Origin: Lama guanicoe
Lineage: Eukaryota
DNA length: 64,000 bases
Direction: 5' to 3'
NCBI GenBank assembly: GCA_013239625.1
Contig: MU053652.1
Span: forward strand, 3,523,902-3,587,901
This document shows, in pieces, positions 42,469 through 56,230 of the stretch. A program made the position numbers and the translations under genes. A model generated the notes under the pieces. The model searched no databases and was not told the origin of the DNA. It was given only the letters and a program-made list of their open reading frames with translations. The first letter of the stretch is position 1. Every line of letters starts with the position of its first letter.

Positions 42469-44232
42469 ACTCCAGGCATGTTCTGGATTCAAGAACTCTT
42501 CCCTGTAAACACTGAAATCAGAAACAGAACGCGCACGTAATACACATGTTTGAGGACAATACAGTGTTCCGCCAGCTTTACAGACTGAGATCCTTTCCCC
42601 TGACATACACAAAGAGGGGGAAAAAAACCAGGGGCGGGGTCAAAGCTTGACTACAAGAATGAGGTATTCCTAGGTTTTATTTGTCTAGTCTTTCCGTCGA
42701 CTGGCGGAACTCCTCCCTTACTCAGTATAAACCACATCCCAAGCAAACAATTTTAAACCTGGTTAACAAATGTAGCAAGATGTTCAAGCTCACCAGTAGT
42801 GATAGAAATACAAATTAAGACTCCTCAATGAGAAACCTTTTCAGGCCTATTACATTAGTAAGGATTCTTAAAATAACACCTAGCAGCAAATAGAGTGCCA
42901 AGAAAAAGGTTCTTTCATAGATGACTGACGGCTATGTAAATATTTTTGTTCAAACTCCTTTTTGCTCATAGAAAACTGTAAAAACTTTAATCAGCTGGAA
43001 GACAGGAACAGGTACGGATGATCAAGATCAAAGAAAAATGTAGATGTACAGATCAGAAATTCCTATTGTTCCAAAATTAAACAGAAAATTTGACTTTGAA
43101 CTTACTGGGCGCAGTGCAAAGTGGGAAAGTACCAGATTATTCACTGATGTTTATGAATGATATGGGAAAACCATGTAAATTCCTTAAGGAAAAAAAAAAC
43201 TTTTCAAGATTCTTAGGTCTGATGGCGTTTTTACTTCTCTTTTCGCTTGATGCTTAGAGGAGACCTAACGTGATGCAGAGAAAAAAGATAATCTACTGGA
43301 ACTGAGGATGCATATCTTCTTGGTGCAAGTTTCATGTTGCCACTGGCCCCGCCTCCTTATTTTGCTACTTTTAGGCCCTGTGGGCAGGTATTTTACCCCT
43401 GAAGCTTTAGAATGCACTTCTTATAAAAATGTTGGAGACCTGAAAAAGTCCATGGCTCTAAAACATGAAAATCAAAATTAATTAATGTTAGTTTTTCTAA
43501 AGAATCTGTACCATTGAGTAACCAAATAGTAAATGAAGTATACTTTATAGGAATACTCCTATAAAATTTTTACATGATAGACTGTCACCATTTTGCAACC
43601 GCTAAGGAATTTGGAGATCACATTGAGCATCAACAACTGCTGTTATCACGAAATGAAAGTTGAGACATATATGCCTCTAGAACATAAAAATGTAGTAGCC
43701 TTGTAGAAAAAATTGAACCTCAATCTCATCAGACGTCTATAAGTAACCATCAATTTATAGGAAATAAGGAGGACAGAAGAAAATAAAAAAAGATACCACA
43801 GAGATGCAAAAAGCAAATCCAGACTATGGAAATTCTACAGGATAAGCAAGCAAATTTCTTCAAGAAAAATTGCACAGGAAAAAGAGATCTGGAGGGGGGA
43901 AAATCTGTAGATTAAAAAGAGACTTGTGATGATTGTGTAACTGTGAATATACTAAAAATCATTGACTAGTAATGGTTGCACAACTTTGTTAACACATTAA
44001 AAACCACTGAATTGTACACTTGAAAAGGGTGAATTTTATGGTATGTAAATTATATCTCAATAAAACTTAAATAATATGGGAAGGAGGAGTGGTTGGGGAG
44101 AGAGGTGAAACAACATTGGCTTCCCTTTAAATGGGTAAATTATATGTGAATTGTATCTCACTAAAGCTGTTTTTAAAAAGAGCAACATAAAAGACATATC
44201 AATGAATTGCAATAACATTCACACTTTAGAAG

Positions 44233-44905
44233 TGTTACCAAACCAAACTTGGGTCCATTCACCCATGTGCAGTAAAGGCAATCTACTGACACCAGGTTGT
44301 GGTGAAGGAGAATGCAACGTTTACTAGAGGCACCAAAAAAGGATTATGGGCAGCTAATGCTCAAACAACCCGAACTCCCAGATGGATTTCAGGGAAGGGT
44401 TTTTAAAGGCAAGGTGATGGAGAGAGTCACAGAGTGTGTGATCAGCTCATGAATAACTCTCTGATTGGTTGATGGTGAGGTAACAGGGTGATGTCACAGG
44501 GGTTAATATCATCAGTCTTCAGGCTCTAACCTGTCTGGGGGCTCCATGTTCAAGGTCATCATGCAGTTAGCTTCTTCCATCCAGTGGGGGTTTCAATATC
44601 TGTAAAACAACGCAGGAATGTGCATCAGACATTGTTATCTATGTCCGTCAGGGAAGATCTAAAGATTCTGTGACTCTTCTATATGGCTGATATATTGTTT
44701 AAATTGTCACGGGTTCTCCTGGCCCAACTGCTATTTTTTGTTACTACGTGTTCACATTCTTTAAACATTAACTCTTGAGCCAGCCTTTTGTGACTCAGGG
44801 GAGGCCAGAGAGACTAAAGCTTTTCTACAAACAAAAGGCAGTGGAGGACATGATGGTGTGTGTTGGGCAAGGGAAGGTTCTGTCCCAGGAAGGCCCCACA
44901 GGGTG
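44233..44905 (-). mobile_element. Solo ERV LTR (probably antisense)
   Basis: Starts tgttaccaaaccaaacttgggtcc...gcaatctactgacaccaggttgtggtgaagg; ttctctgattggtt-like CCAAT. Interrupts an L1 3' end. Family unassigned. Confidence 0.65.
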
Positions 44906-45137
44906 AAATAGTGGGCCTTATGTGAATCCTGAGTCATAAAAACTGGGGAAAAAAGCATTGATGAGACCATTAGAAATTTGAACACTGAATATTTTATGAC
45001 ATTAAAGAATTATTGTTAATTTTAGGTGGAACAATATTATTGTGGCTATGTTAACAAGAGTCTTTATCTTTTAAATATACATACTGAAATATGTGTTCAT
45101 AAATTATTTGTCAGTTATTTGCTTCAAAAAATATAGG

Positions 45138-45610
45138 ACCCAGCAATTCCACTCCTAAGTATATACCCAAGACAAATGAAAACATATGTCCACACAAAAC
45201 TGTGTACATTAATGATTATAGAAGCATTATTCATAACAGCCCCAAAGTGGGAACAATCAAAATGTCCATCAACTGATAAACTGATAAACAAAATATGGTA
45301 TATCCATACAATGGAATATTATTTGGTAATTTAAAAAATGAAGTATTGATACATGAATGAACTTGAAAAAAATCACGCTAAGTGAATGAAGACAATCACA
45401 AAAGACCATATATTATATAATTCTGTTTATACAAAAATGTCCAGAATAGGCAAATCTAGAGAGACGTGGATTAGTTGTTGTCAGGATCTGGAGGAGAGAA
45501 GAAGGGGCACAGGCTTTCTTTTTAGAGTGATAAAAATGTTCTGAAATTAGCCAGTGGTGATGGTTGCACAATTCTGTGACTATATTAAAAATCACCGAAT
45601 ACCCCACCTT
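45138..45610 (+). mobile_element. L1MB-like 3' end
   Basis: gacccagcaattccactcctaagtatatacccaag...aaatgtccatcaactgat...gtggtgatggttgcacaa. Confidence 0.85.
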
Positions 45611-47104
45611 TGTATATGTCAAAAATTCTTTGTAATAAAAAAATCTAAAAATTCTCCATAATAAAAAAAACTACAAAAATAAGGCGATATTAACCAATAA
45701 ACCGAAAACCATCTAATATAATTTCATAAATATATAATCAATTTTAAATTCCGTAAACAAAATGAAAAATTTATTCTGAACTAAATTTAAAATTATTAAA
45801 TTATTTTAACAGCCTCTTAGAAAGGTTACAGCCAAATGTTTTTAATGTGGAATTTGTGTATACTGGTGGGTGTTGACATAATTTGGAGACAGGCCTTCAA
45901 AATAAGTGCATGCAGACAATATGTACCTATTCACATGAGGTAATATGAAGTACATGATATCAGCTATAAAGTAATCATGCCAAAAACATTACCTTGAATG
46001 GAATCAAGATATAAGCATTAACGTCCAGTTTGCAGGAACTTTCAGGGGACAAAGGAACAAGTTAAATGGCATGTGAAACAATCTAACAAATCCAAGGGGA
46101 CAATCTCCATAATATCTAGACTGATCTCGCCAATAAATCAATATCATGAAAAACAAAATGAAATAACACAAAAACAAAATGGAAGGGTTAATTAATTCTT
46201 AATGACCTAATAGATCTAGGCAATGATAATCAATGGCTGCTAGCATAACAAAAAGAAACAAGCAGGCACTAAGTCGATGAAGTACTCTTACCAAAAAAAA
46301 AAATCTGAATTGAGTCAAAGTTTTAGCTCTAACTACCAGTTCACAGGAAATAAAAAGACAGAGAATATGTTAAATGATATCTTGGGGGGGTGTAACCTGA
46401 AAATACATAATGTGGAAAACTCTATAGAACAAATAGCCTGTTTTCTTCATTATATTTCAAGGAAAAGGAGGAGGAAAAGGAAACCTACAGATTAATAGAG
46501 TTTGAGTTTGAGACATAGCAACCAAATGCAGTGTTTGAGATTTGTTTACATTTTGATTAGAACAAGCCAACTATTTTTTTAATGGGAAAATTGGATTGGA
46601 TATTGGATTATACTCAGGAATCGTTAAGTTTTTTTAGGTAATGTAGTTTTTTTTTTTAAGCTCTTGTATTTTGAAGAAGTAGACTGAAATATGTATAGGT
46701 AAAATGCTATGATGTCTAGGATTTGCTTCAAAATAATCCAGGAAGTGGGGTATGGGAGACAGGAAGAGAATGTAGATTAAATAAGGATGGCCATGAGTTG
46801 ATACTTAATGTTGCTAGGTGGTGGGTACTTGGAATTCATCACACTATTCTCTCTGCTTTTGTATATATTTGAATTTTTCCTTCATAGAAAGATTTTTTTT
46901 AAAATAGTTCTTAAAAGAACAATTCCAAATTAAAGGAAATTTACAACAAAATGTGTGCTGTTCTCTTGAATAAATCAACCTTAAAAAAATTGAGGACAAC
47001 TGGAAAAATTGGAATTTGGAAAGGTTATTAGAAGATATTAGGATATCATCGTTATATTTGTTACATGTAATAATATTAAGCTTATATAAGAAAATCTCTT
47101 TGGT

Positions 47105-47242
47105 GGGGGTGGTATAGCTCAGTGGTAGAACGCATGCTTAGCATGCACAAGGTCCTGGGTTTTATCCCCAGTACCTCCATGAAAAATCAAAAACAAACCA
47201 AAAAACTTAAAAAAAATTTTTTTAGAGGGAAGGTAATTAGGT
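47105..47242 (+). mobile_element. tRNA-derived SINE (Vic-1-like)
   Basis: ggtatagctcagtggtagaacgcatgcttagcatgcacaaggtcctgggttttatccccagtacctcc plus an A-rich tail. Confidence 0.87.
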
Positions 47243-47529
47243 ATCAACTCGCAGTTGATACTAACTCAGAAAACAAGTCAGTTGGAATTAGCAAGAAGTC
47301 TGCATTGAGCATATTTTCCAGGAAATTCTCAGTTATAAGTGTTAAATGCATACCATGATTCAAACAAATTTCCAGAATGAATTTCCAGCCAAGATTTTAT
47401 AATTACAACATTTGATGTAGTGAGGAAGTAGAGGATTGAGGAAGTGGTAAAAAGTACTCACTGTATTATGAAATCTAGTTTTTTATTTATCATAGTAGTG
47501 TCTTAAACTCAGCACTGCACTGTGTAACC

Positions 47530-47697
47530 CAGTGGCTCTCACCGTGACTGCATTTTCAACTAATCTTAGACCATTTTGCAAAATATTGATGTTCAGGCTC
47601 CAGCCAAACCAAGTGGATCAGAATCTCTGGCGCACAGGCATTGGCCATACTTTTAAAATTCCCCAAGTTACTCTAATCCACAGCCAGGGCTGAGAAA
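47530..47697. mobile_element. MER5A-like hAT MITE
   Basis: cagtggctctca...atcagaatctctgg...cagccagggctgagaa. Confidence 0.7.
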
Positions 47698-49315
47698 ACA
47701 AATGCAATCCGCTGAACCCCAGTTTTATCACGTGCAAGATGAGAGTAGTATCGTCTGTTTAAGCAACCACTGTGTGTTATTGTGAGAGACCAATGAAACA
47801 GTATATGTGCAAGTACATGGAAAAGTATGTTTTATGTAAATGTAAGGTCATATTCCCACATTAACAATCAATGTATAGCAATCCTTTAAAAATGTTTACC
47901 TCTTGGATTGTTGGTTCATTTTTTGTAAAAGAGAACCCAGGATCATATAAATTCCTTAGAGAATAATCAAAGGTGACTCACTGCTTGTCATCAGCCCAGA
48001 TCAAATAAGCATTGACACTGAGAGCCCCAAATAATGAGTCTTTAGTTTACTTAATTACAAAAATTATAAGCATTATACACATATGCATTACACATATAGA
48101 TGTCATAGAAATGCAAAGTACGAATTGTAGCTAAGGTTAAGTTCGGCTGCCCAAGAAAAAGAAGAAAGAGGGCTCCCATTACTGAGAATCTTTTGTGAAC
48201 TAGGTACTTGTAGGTGTATTATCTTTTTAACAAGCAAAGTAGCCTACCACAGTATTATTTGGAAAATTAAGTAATGAAATCATTTTAACAGGTTATGACC
48301 AGTAATTCTTTTTTTTTGACAACTGTAAGTCTGGTTATAATATAACCCGATTCAAAGATATTACATGGTCATTTACTATGTTCCCCACGTTGTACATTTC
48401 ATACTCATGATTCATGGCCAGTAATTCTTAGATGCAATACAGTGGGAAAAGAATAAAAATATGAACATGAGGAAAGGATCAGGAAGGTCTTAAAACACAT
48501 TGCCTGTAGGTATTTAAGTTGGAAGGGTCTGCTCAGGGGAAAAATGAGTGGACTCAGCAGCTCTTAAGCTCCCCTCTCATGATTCTCAGGCAGGTGTTTT
48601 ATCAACATTAGGGCAGGCAACTAATGTGTTTAGCAAAGTTTTAGGCTCCCCAGAAGCTAGGTAACTTGAGCTCTGTCTCACAAATGAATCTGGAAATTGG
48701 GAAGGCAAATCTTTGCCCCTCTCCTACCCTTACTTAAAACAAACAACAAAACAAAACGAATTTGAAGGCTTCCATGTTTCTTTGTGTAGTTCTGGAATAT
48801 AAAAGTCTGAATTTGCCGCTAAGGTTTACAAAAAAGACTGCTGGCTTTGCCAAAGTAAAACCAAGATTTCATTCTGTAGTGGGGAAGGAGTTAAAGAACT
48901 CTGCTTGAGGTGGCATTGGAAAGGTAAGCCTCATCAAGGAACTCAGATTGAATCCTAATGGAGCGAGAAGCCATTGAAAGCTTTAAGCAGAGAGGCGACA
49001 TGATCAGATTTATGTTTTCAGTGAATTGGGTTGAGGATTGATACTGGTGGCTATCCACCACCACGGGTGCACCTGCTTATAGGCAGCAGCCTCAGGGAAA
49101 AGACCTCTGCTCCCAAATATCTTCTACCTGCCATACTAAAGATCTATCAGGTCACAGTATGAATGTTTTGAGAGCAATGTAACTAAAAGACTGGAATTCT
49201 TGTTTAGGCTATGATTTAAACGCAATACTGTTCTAGCACTAAGCCATACAGTCTTATAAGAGTGAGTTTTGAAGACACTGTTCTTGTAGTTGTGTTCTAC
49301 AACTGAACAGAATTA

Positions 49316-49431
49316 AACTTTAGTTTACTGTTAATAAGTTTCATTTTTTACTTGCCATCAGGAAAATGACATAACTTTAGTTTACTGTTAATAAGTTTCA
49401 TTTTTTACTTGCCATCAGGAAAATGACATAA
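49316..49431. repeat. Perfect 57-bp direct tandem duplication
   Basis: aactttagtttactgttaataagtttcattttttacttgccatcaggaaaatgacat at 49316 and 49373. Confidence 0.97.
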
Positions 49432-51199
49432 TGTAATGCAATAATATATTATTTTAGTTGTTGTGGGCTAAGGAGAAGAGGACAAGGGCTGCCACACAAC
49501 ATATAAATGTCACTGTCACACTGTGTTTATGGCATCATAGCAGGCAGCTCAAAAGCAGATTTCACAGTGGTCCCAATGTTTCAAGCCCAACAAAAAGTAG
49601 AAGTTTATTAAAAAAGAAAACCTGAATAATGGTCGATCATTTTTAAAGTTATGTGAATGAGTCACTCGAGTGTTTACTTCCTTCCTTCAATAATCTAATA
49701 GAAAGTTCTGGGCTAAAACTAGACAATATTTTCCAACATCTGCAATATTGAACGTGAAGTCCAGATATTATTTTCTGTCCCCTCTTCTAGAATAATTGGC
49801 TTATACACTCATTTAATGCAGATTTAAGTAATACTAACTTAACTGCAAGGGAACAAGACCGTTTTATGAAGACATCAACTGACATCTCATTAAACTGACA
49901 TTAGAGGAATGCTGTCTGGCACAGATTTGTGAAATATTAAGTTGGATAATCCCGAACACGTAAACAAAACTTTGAAATTATTAATATCATTTTGTATTTT
50001 TGGCGTGACAGGTTTATATGAACAAGCATTCTCTGCATATGTTAATATTGTTTAAACTAAATTACCCAAGCAAATTAAATAGAGAGCGGAAACTGGGACA
50101 TATTTTTCTTCTTTCTTCCATCATTGGTGATTGTGGTTCAACAAAGCAACATCATTCATCACAGTAAATTAATGTCTTAATGTGAACTGTTTTGAGTTTA
50201 TGGTTATTTCATTTACAAGTGTATTCTGATCGTATGTTTTATAAGCACTATAAGCATAAGGAGCTTATAAATAATTTATGCATGTAAGTAACATTTTGAT
50301 AAAAATAACCTGCCAACATTGAGGAGGGGGCCTTTTTTTTCTGTTTGAAACAGGATAACAAAATTAAAACATGGAATGAACTTTACTCAGTTTTAAGAAA
50401 TATTGTTCTACCAAGTTCTCCTTGCTTAGGTTAAATTGAGTTTGTTTCCTGAAGCCCACAAAATCCTAACTAATATTCCACCTCTAAAGTTGTGAGAAAT
50501 AAATGCAAACCATAAACAACAAGTATGAGATATTTACTACACAAAGTAGATTCTTAAGAGATGCTTTTTAGTTGGTCATCTGAGAGAAGGGAAATAAGAT
50601 GATAACATATAAAATTGTAATGGTTCTAAGATTGGCTCAACAGCTACATGGACAAATATACTGTCCAATTTAAATCGAATTTAAATTTTAAAAACAATGA
50701 AAATAAACTTATTGTATTATCTTTAAGAAATGGAAGAATATATAGAAAAAGTGAAACTCTCGTCCTGACGCTCCACTTAATTCTACTCCAAAAGATGGCT
50801 AACGGTTTGATGTCTGTCCTTCCAGATGATCGGCCCTGCATTTACATATGCGTATGCGGACCTTGCAGCTATTCTATTTCAGTTTGCTACATCGATGGGA
50901 CCATACAGAGCGTATTCCGCATGGCTTTTGTTCTTTTATACAATATGCCTTGAGTACATTGGATACACGGGTATTCTTTTCTTAACAGGACTTTGTTATT
51001 CTTTTTTTAACCTGCAGATATTATTTTATCATCTTTGGTGGAAACAATAAGAGTGAAGACCTCGTAGCCCCAAATCAGCACTGTTGCCTTTTGGAATATA
51101 AGTTTACAAACACAACAAAAAGGTGTTAAAGAAATCCAAGGACTCCAAACAAATTCAAGCAAAGTTAGATTTGCCTTCAGCACCTGAACAATCTTTCGT

Positions 51200-51236
<37 letters not shown>

Positions 51237-51408
51237 AGGAGAATTTCCCTAAATGGGAAATATCATTTGTCAAGGTCTGGATCTGGGAATATTCCTGTGA
51301 ACCGCATTGCAGAGCAGGCTGAAAAAGCCTCACTGACTTTCCTTTTCCTGAGAGATTTGTTCACAGGACAATATTCTGGTTTCTCCATGCAAATTTCACT
51401 GCTTAAAT

Positions 51409-51820
51409 CAGGGGTTTTGAACCTCTTGCACTCTGATGATGCCTATGGATACTTTTTCAGAATAATGTTTTCAGTGCATAAAACAAAATTATGGGATTAC
51501 CAGGGAAACCCATTATACTAAAATAAAGCTATTAAAATATTTTAAAAATTATATTTGCAACATAGTAATTCATGTGCCTCCATATTAACATATTACATAA
51601 CAAGATCTAGTGGGAATCTAATAACCACTATTGTTTAAAATAGGATATAAACAATACTTCAAGGTATTTGCAATAGCTGTAGTGGGATATGAAAATCTCT
51701 GAATTTCTATTGGTGACAAAGTCACAGTACAGCTAATACCACTGTGGTTTGTTGCCTACATTGATGGAAATGCTGTTTCTGTTAGAGAATTCTTTAAATG
51801 ATGGTATTTTCCCCTATCTA
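51409..51820 (+). mobile_element. hAT-Charlie element (Charlie4a-like)
   Basis: caggggttttgaacct...ttcagaataatgtttt; a related copy lies at ~58537-59005. Confidence 0.65.
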
Positions 51821-51837
51821 TATATTAGTTTCCTTGG

Positions 51838-52287
51838 AGTATTGGTTTGCTAAGGCTGTCATAACAAAATAACACATACTAGACTTAAACAACAGAAACT
51901 GATTTTCTCACAGTTCTGGAGGCTAGAAGTCTGACATCAAGGTATCAGCAGGACTGATTCCTTCTGGAGGCTCTAGGGGACAATCTGTTCTGAGCCCCTT
52001 GCCTAGCTTCTGGTGGTTGCTGGCAATCTTTGGCATGCTTTGGCTTGTAGCTGCCTCACTCCAATCTCTGTCTCCATCACCAGACGATGCTCTCCCTGTG
52101 TATCTCTGTGTCCAGATTTTCCTCTTCTTACAAGGAAACCAGTCATGCCGAATTGAGGGCTCACCCAAGTCCAATAAGACCTCATTTTTACTTACTACAT
52201 TTGCAAAGATTCCATTTCCAAGTAAGGTCACATTAAGAAGGTACAGGTGGACATAAATTTGGGGAATACTATTCAACCCAGTATACC
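51838..52287 (-). mobile_element. MaLR solo LTR (MLT1-type)
   Basis: ttctcacagttctggaggctagaagtc...atactattcaaccca. Confidence 0.85.
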
Positions 52288-52799
52288 ATCCAGGTTCCTT
52301 GGCTTGAATGGAATCAGTACTAAGTCTGAAAGAGAAAAATGATGGAAAATGCTAATAATTATTGTGTTGGCAAATGAAATTATGGGATTTTTTCTTCTTA
52401 TCTCTATTTTCAGAATGTCTAGAGTATGATTACATTACTTTTAGAATAAAAAATTAATAAAGAAATGATGATGGTATTGATTCTAAGTACTGGCAACTTT
52501 TTAGATAATAATTTCTTTTGAATTTGACCTTGGATAATTTCCTCAGCATAAAGGCAAAGTGGCCTGGACAGGTAAGAGGAGTCAGGCTCCTGGTTTTATA
52601 CATCTGTGAAGTTGCAGATTAACCTGAAAAATCTCTCTCAAAGAAAAATGTAGAGTCATGTTTAATTCTTTTAGTATAAGGGGAACATGATCAAAGTCTT
52701 GCAGACTTAAGGCATCCTTGAATAAATACAAACTACAATTGACATACAACAATGAAACTAAAAGCACTAAATGAAACTAAAAGTCAACATACCTCTTTA

Positions 52800-54155
52800 A
52801 AAATACATAGGGACCTACACATTCATGGCTAATGAACTTTTGATAAGTGTGTCAAGTACATTAAATGGGGAAATAACAATCATTTCAACAAATGGTGCTG
52901 CAGTAACTGGATTTCCACGTGCAAAAGAATCAAGCTAGACCCCTAACTCACATCATCCATAAAAAATTAATCTTAAATGAGTCAATGGCCCACATATAAG
53001 TGCTGAAACTATAAACTAATAGAGGAAAACATAGAGGTGAATCTTCATGACCTTGGATTTGGCAATAGGTTCTCAGATATGACACCAAAAGCGTGAGCAG
53101 CAAAAGAAAAAGCAGATAAATTGGATTTCATCAAAATTAAAAACTTGTATGCATCAAGGGACGTTATCAGGAAAGTGAAAAGACAACCTACAAAATAGGA
53201 GAAAATATTTGCAAAATATATGTTTGATAAGGGCTTAATATCAAGAATATATAAAGAACTCCTAAAACTCAGCAATAAAGACAACCCAATTAAAAAAAAA
53301 TGGGTTAAGGATTTGAACAAACATTTCTCCAAAGGAGGTATACAGATGGCCAATAAGCACATGAAAAGATGTTCAACATCATTAGTCATGAGGGAAATGC
53401 AAATCAAAGCCACCTGAGATACCACTTCGCATTCCCTAGGATATATAGAATCAGAAAGATAGGCAATAATAAATGTAAGCAAGGATGCAGAGAGATTAGA
53501 ACCCTCATACATTGCTAATGGGATTGTAAAATGGTACAGCCACTTGGGAAAATAGTTTGAGAGTGTTGTAAAATAGTTTGAGATTTAAACATAAAGTTAC
53601 CACCTGACCCAGAAATGTTACTCTTTGACTTTTATGTAAGAGAATTGAAAACATATGTCTACACAAAAAAACTTGCACACAAACATTCATAGCAGCGTTA
53701 TTCACAATAGCTCCAAAGTGTAAACAACCCAAATGTCCACCAGATGACTAGATAAACAAAATACGATATTATTTTGCAATATTATTCAGCCATAAAAAAG
53801 AATGAAGTACTAATACATGCTACAACATAGATGAACCTTGAAAACATTATGCTCAGTGAAAGAAGCCAGACGCAAAAAGCCATATATTGAATGACTTCAC
53901 TTATATGAAATGTCCACAACAGGCAAATCCACAGTGACTAAAAGATTAGTGGTTGCCAGGGGCTGGGGGAGGGAGGAATGGAGAGTAACTGCTAAATGGG
54001 TATGGACGGGGTTTCTTTTTGGAGTGATGAAATGTTCTGGAATCAGATAGTGGTGATGGTTGCACAACCCTGTGAATATACTAAAAACCACTGATGTGTA
54101 CACTTCATTAAAGGGTGAATTTTATGTTATGTAAGTAAGTTATATATCAATAGAA
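52800..54155 (+). mobile_element. L1MA/MB-type LINE-1 3' portion
   Basis: ORF 53220..53417 ([15 protein letters not shown]...[22 protein letters not shown]) is L1 ORF2-like. Confidence 0.92.
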
Positions 54156-54393
54156 AGTAGCCCATAAGAAATCAAAATGTTTGATAAATGTGTGCTCACT
54201 TCAAAACCTATTAAGTGTCATGTTTTACAGAAACTAAATTTTCACTAAAAATATAAATTTTGCTGCTTGATACATTTTTCTACTTCATGAATGAACTATA
54301 CTAGCAAACATAGTATGTTTGACTTGCTCTTTTTTTTTTTTTGACTTATTCTTAAAAGGAGAAGTTGTACAGAGCATAAAAAGCTCACCCACA

Positions 54394-55151
54394 GGCTATG
54401 GAGAAAAGGGAACCTTCCTACACTGCTGGTGGGGATGCAGTTTGGTGCAGCCACTGTGGAAAACAGTATGGAGATTCCTCAATCTCCATAGGAATAGACT
54501 TACCATATGACCCAGTAATCCCACTCCTGGGCACATATCCAGAAGGAACCCTACTTCAGAAAGACACCTGCACCTCAATGTTCATAGCAGCAGTATTTAA
54601 AATAGCCAAGACATGGAAACAGCCTAAATGTCCATCAACAGATGACTGGATAAAGAAGATGTGGTATATTTATACAATGGAATACTATTCAGCCATAAAA
54701 ACCAACAACATAACACCATTTGCAGCAACATGGATGCTCCTAGAGAATGTCATTCTAAGTGAAGTAAGCCAGAAAGAGAAAGAAAAATACCATAAGAGAT
54801 CGCTCATATGTGGAATCTAAAAAAAAAAAAAGAACATAAATACAAACAGAAACAGAATCATAGACATAGAAAACAAACTTGTGGTTGATAAGGGGGAGGG
54901 AGGTGGGAAGGGGTACACTGGGAGTTCAAAATTTGTAGATACTGACAGGCATATGTAGACTAGATAAACAAGATTATATTGTATAGCACAGGGAAATATA
55001 TACAAGATCTTGTGGTAGCTCACAGCAAAAAAAAAACATGACAATGAATATATGTATGTTCATGTATAACTGAAAAATTGTGCTCTAAACTGGAGTTTGA
55101 CACAACATTGTAAAATGACTATAACTCAATAAAAAATGTTAAAAAAAAAAA
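54394..55151 (+). mobile_element. Young 5'-truncated LINE-1 (ORF2 C-terminus, 3' UTR, poly A)
   Basis: ORF 54398..54820 (EKREPSYT...[31 protein letters not shown]); AATAAA at ~55128; diverged TSD aaaagctcacccaca / aaaagatcatccaca. Confidence 0.95.
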
Positions 55152-55457
55152 GATCATCCACATACATTTTTTTGTATATTCTCACCTTTTAAAAAAAACC
55201 ACAATAAAGACAGTCTGAGAGCTGGAGCCATCAGTAGAGCTGCCTGCTTCCCAGGAACAAACAAAATGGATAAGCTGACCCTGAAAGGGCAACTAGCGTG
55301 ATGCAAGGCTTGGGGGAGGGGAAGGAAGCAGGATTTGGCAGAGGGAGGGGCTGGACTGTGGTGCAGTCTCGAGGGAGGCCCCGGGGACCCTACAGGAGTG
55401 GCCAAGAGGGGATTAGGTCAAGTGTACAAGGGTGGCCTTGGATAGGAGCACAGGCTA

Positions 55458-55659
55458 CAGCAGGTTTTCTTAATCTCTGCACTTTTGACATTTTTGGTGA
55501 GATAATTCTTTGTTGTGAGGAGGCTACACTGTGCATTGTAAGATGTTTAGCTGCAACACTGGCTTCTACTTATCACTCCCTTTGTAACAACCAAAAATGT
55601 CTCCAGCAATTGTCAAATGTCTCCTGGGAGGCAAAACTGCACCCATTTGAGAAGCACTG
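55458..55659 (+). mobile_element. MER20-like hAT MITE
   Basis: gataattctttgttgtg...caaccaaaaatgtctccag...tgagaagcactg. Confidence 0.8.
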
Positions 55660-56064
55660 ATCCACAGTAAAAGAAGGAAAGGTAAAGCACTATCAGAGGA
55701 TAAGACAACCACTCAATGTATGAAATAAAAAGACAAAGCTGAGCTTATTGCTCACTGTAGGTAGTGAGAGTTATGCTTATCAAGCACAGGCTTAGAGCAG
55801 ACCAAACTGCTAATCTTATATTGGATTCTGAGACAGTGGGGAGTTCAGACATTGATGAACTTTCAGAGGTCTAAGTATGTTGACACCATCTGTAGAAGCG
55901 ATAACTTGGGGGAGACTATTGTGGATTGGTTGGCACTCAGAGGCGTGTGTATTGAAGTGAGTCTATAATTGGCTGATTTTCAGAATCAATGAGTTGTCTT
56001 TGAGCTTGCAAAAGTATGTTCACTGGGGTGAGTTATCCATTGACTGAACTTAAAACTGGTTCTG

Positions 56065-56230
56065 TAAACAATAAAGTCCTACTGTATAGCACAGGGAACT
56101 GTACTCAGTAACTTATAATAACCTATAATGAAAAAGAATATGTATAAATATAAATGTAGAACTGAATCATTATGCTGTACACCAGAAACTAACATAACGT
56201 TGTAAATCAACTATAATTCAATTAAAAAAA
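56065..56230 (+). mobile_element. LINE-1 3' tip with TSD
   Basis: gtcctactgtatagcacagggaact...; flanks aaaactggttctg / aaaactggctctg. Confidence 0.75.

Larger units (their letters stand above)
41740..42580. promoter_or_regulatory. CpG island / promoter of KLHDC10
   Basis: Abrupt GC- and CpG-rich segment around the start codon. CCAAT boxes at 42172, 42202 and 42375; TGACAG motifs near 42192 and 42222; GC box-like GGGGCGGGG near 42631. Confidence 0.88.

Noticed and set aside
41761..42612. Additional Pro-rich or CRRD-repeat ORFs around KLHDC10 exon 1
   Set aside because: They are by-products of high GC, the antisense of the Gly-rich exon and the 12-bp repeat.
47105..47180. tRNA gene (also at ~11460-11535 and ~28824-28890)
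   Set aside because: A and B boxes are present, but the copies are diverged and have A-rich tails or TSDs, so they are tRNA-derived SINEs.
49316..49431. CRISPR-like or other prokaryotic repeat system
   Set aside because: There are only two adjacent copies with no spacers, in mammalian DNA with no cas-like genes.
51123..51521. 132-aa ORF with poly-Lys
   Set aside because: It is a translated poly(A) run continuing into a Charlie DNA-transposon fossil.
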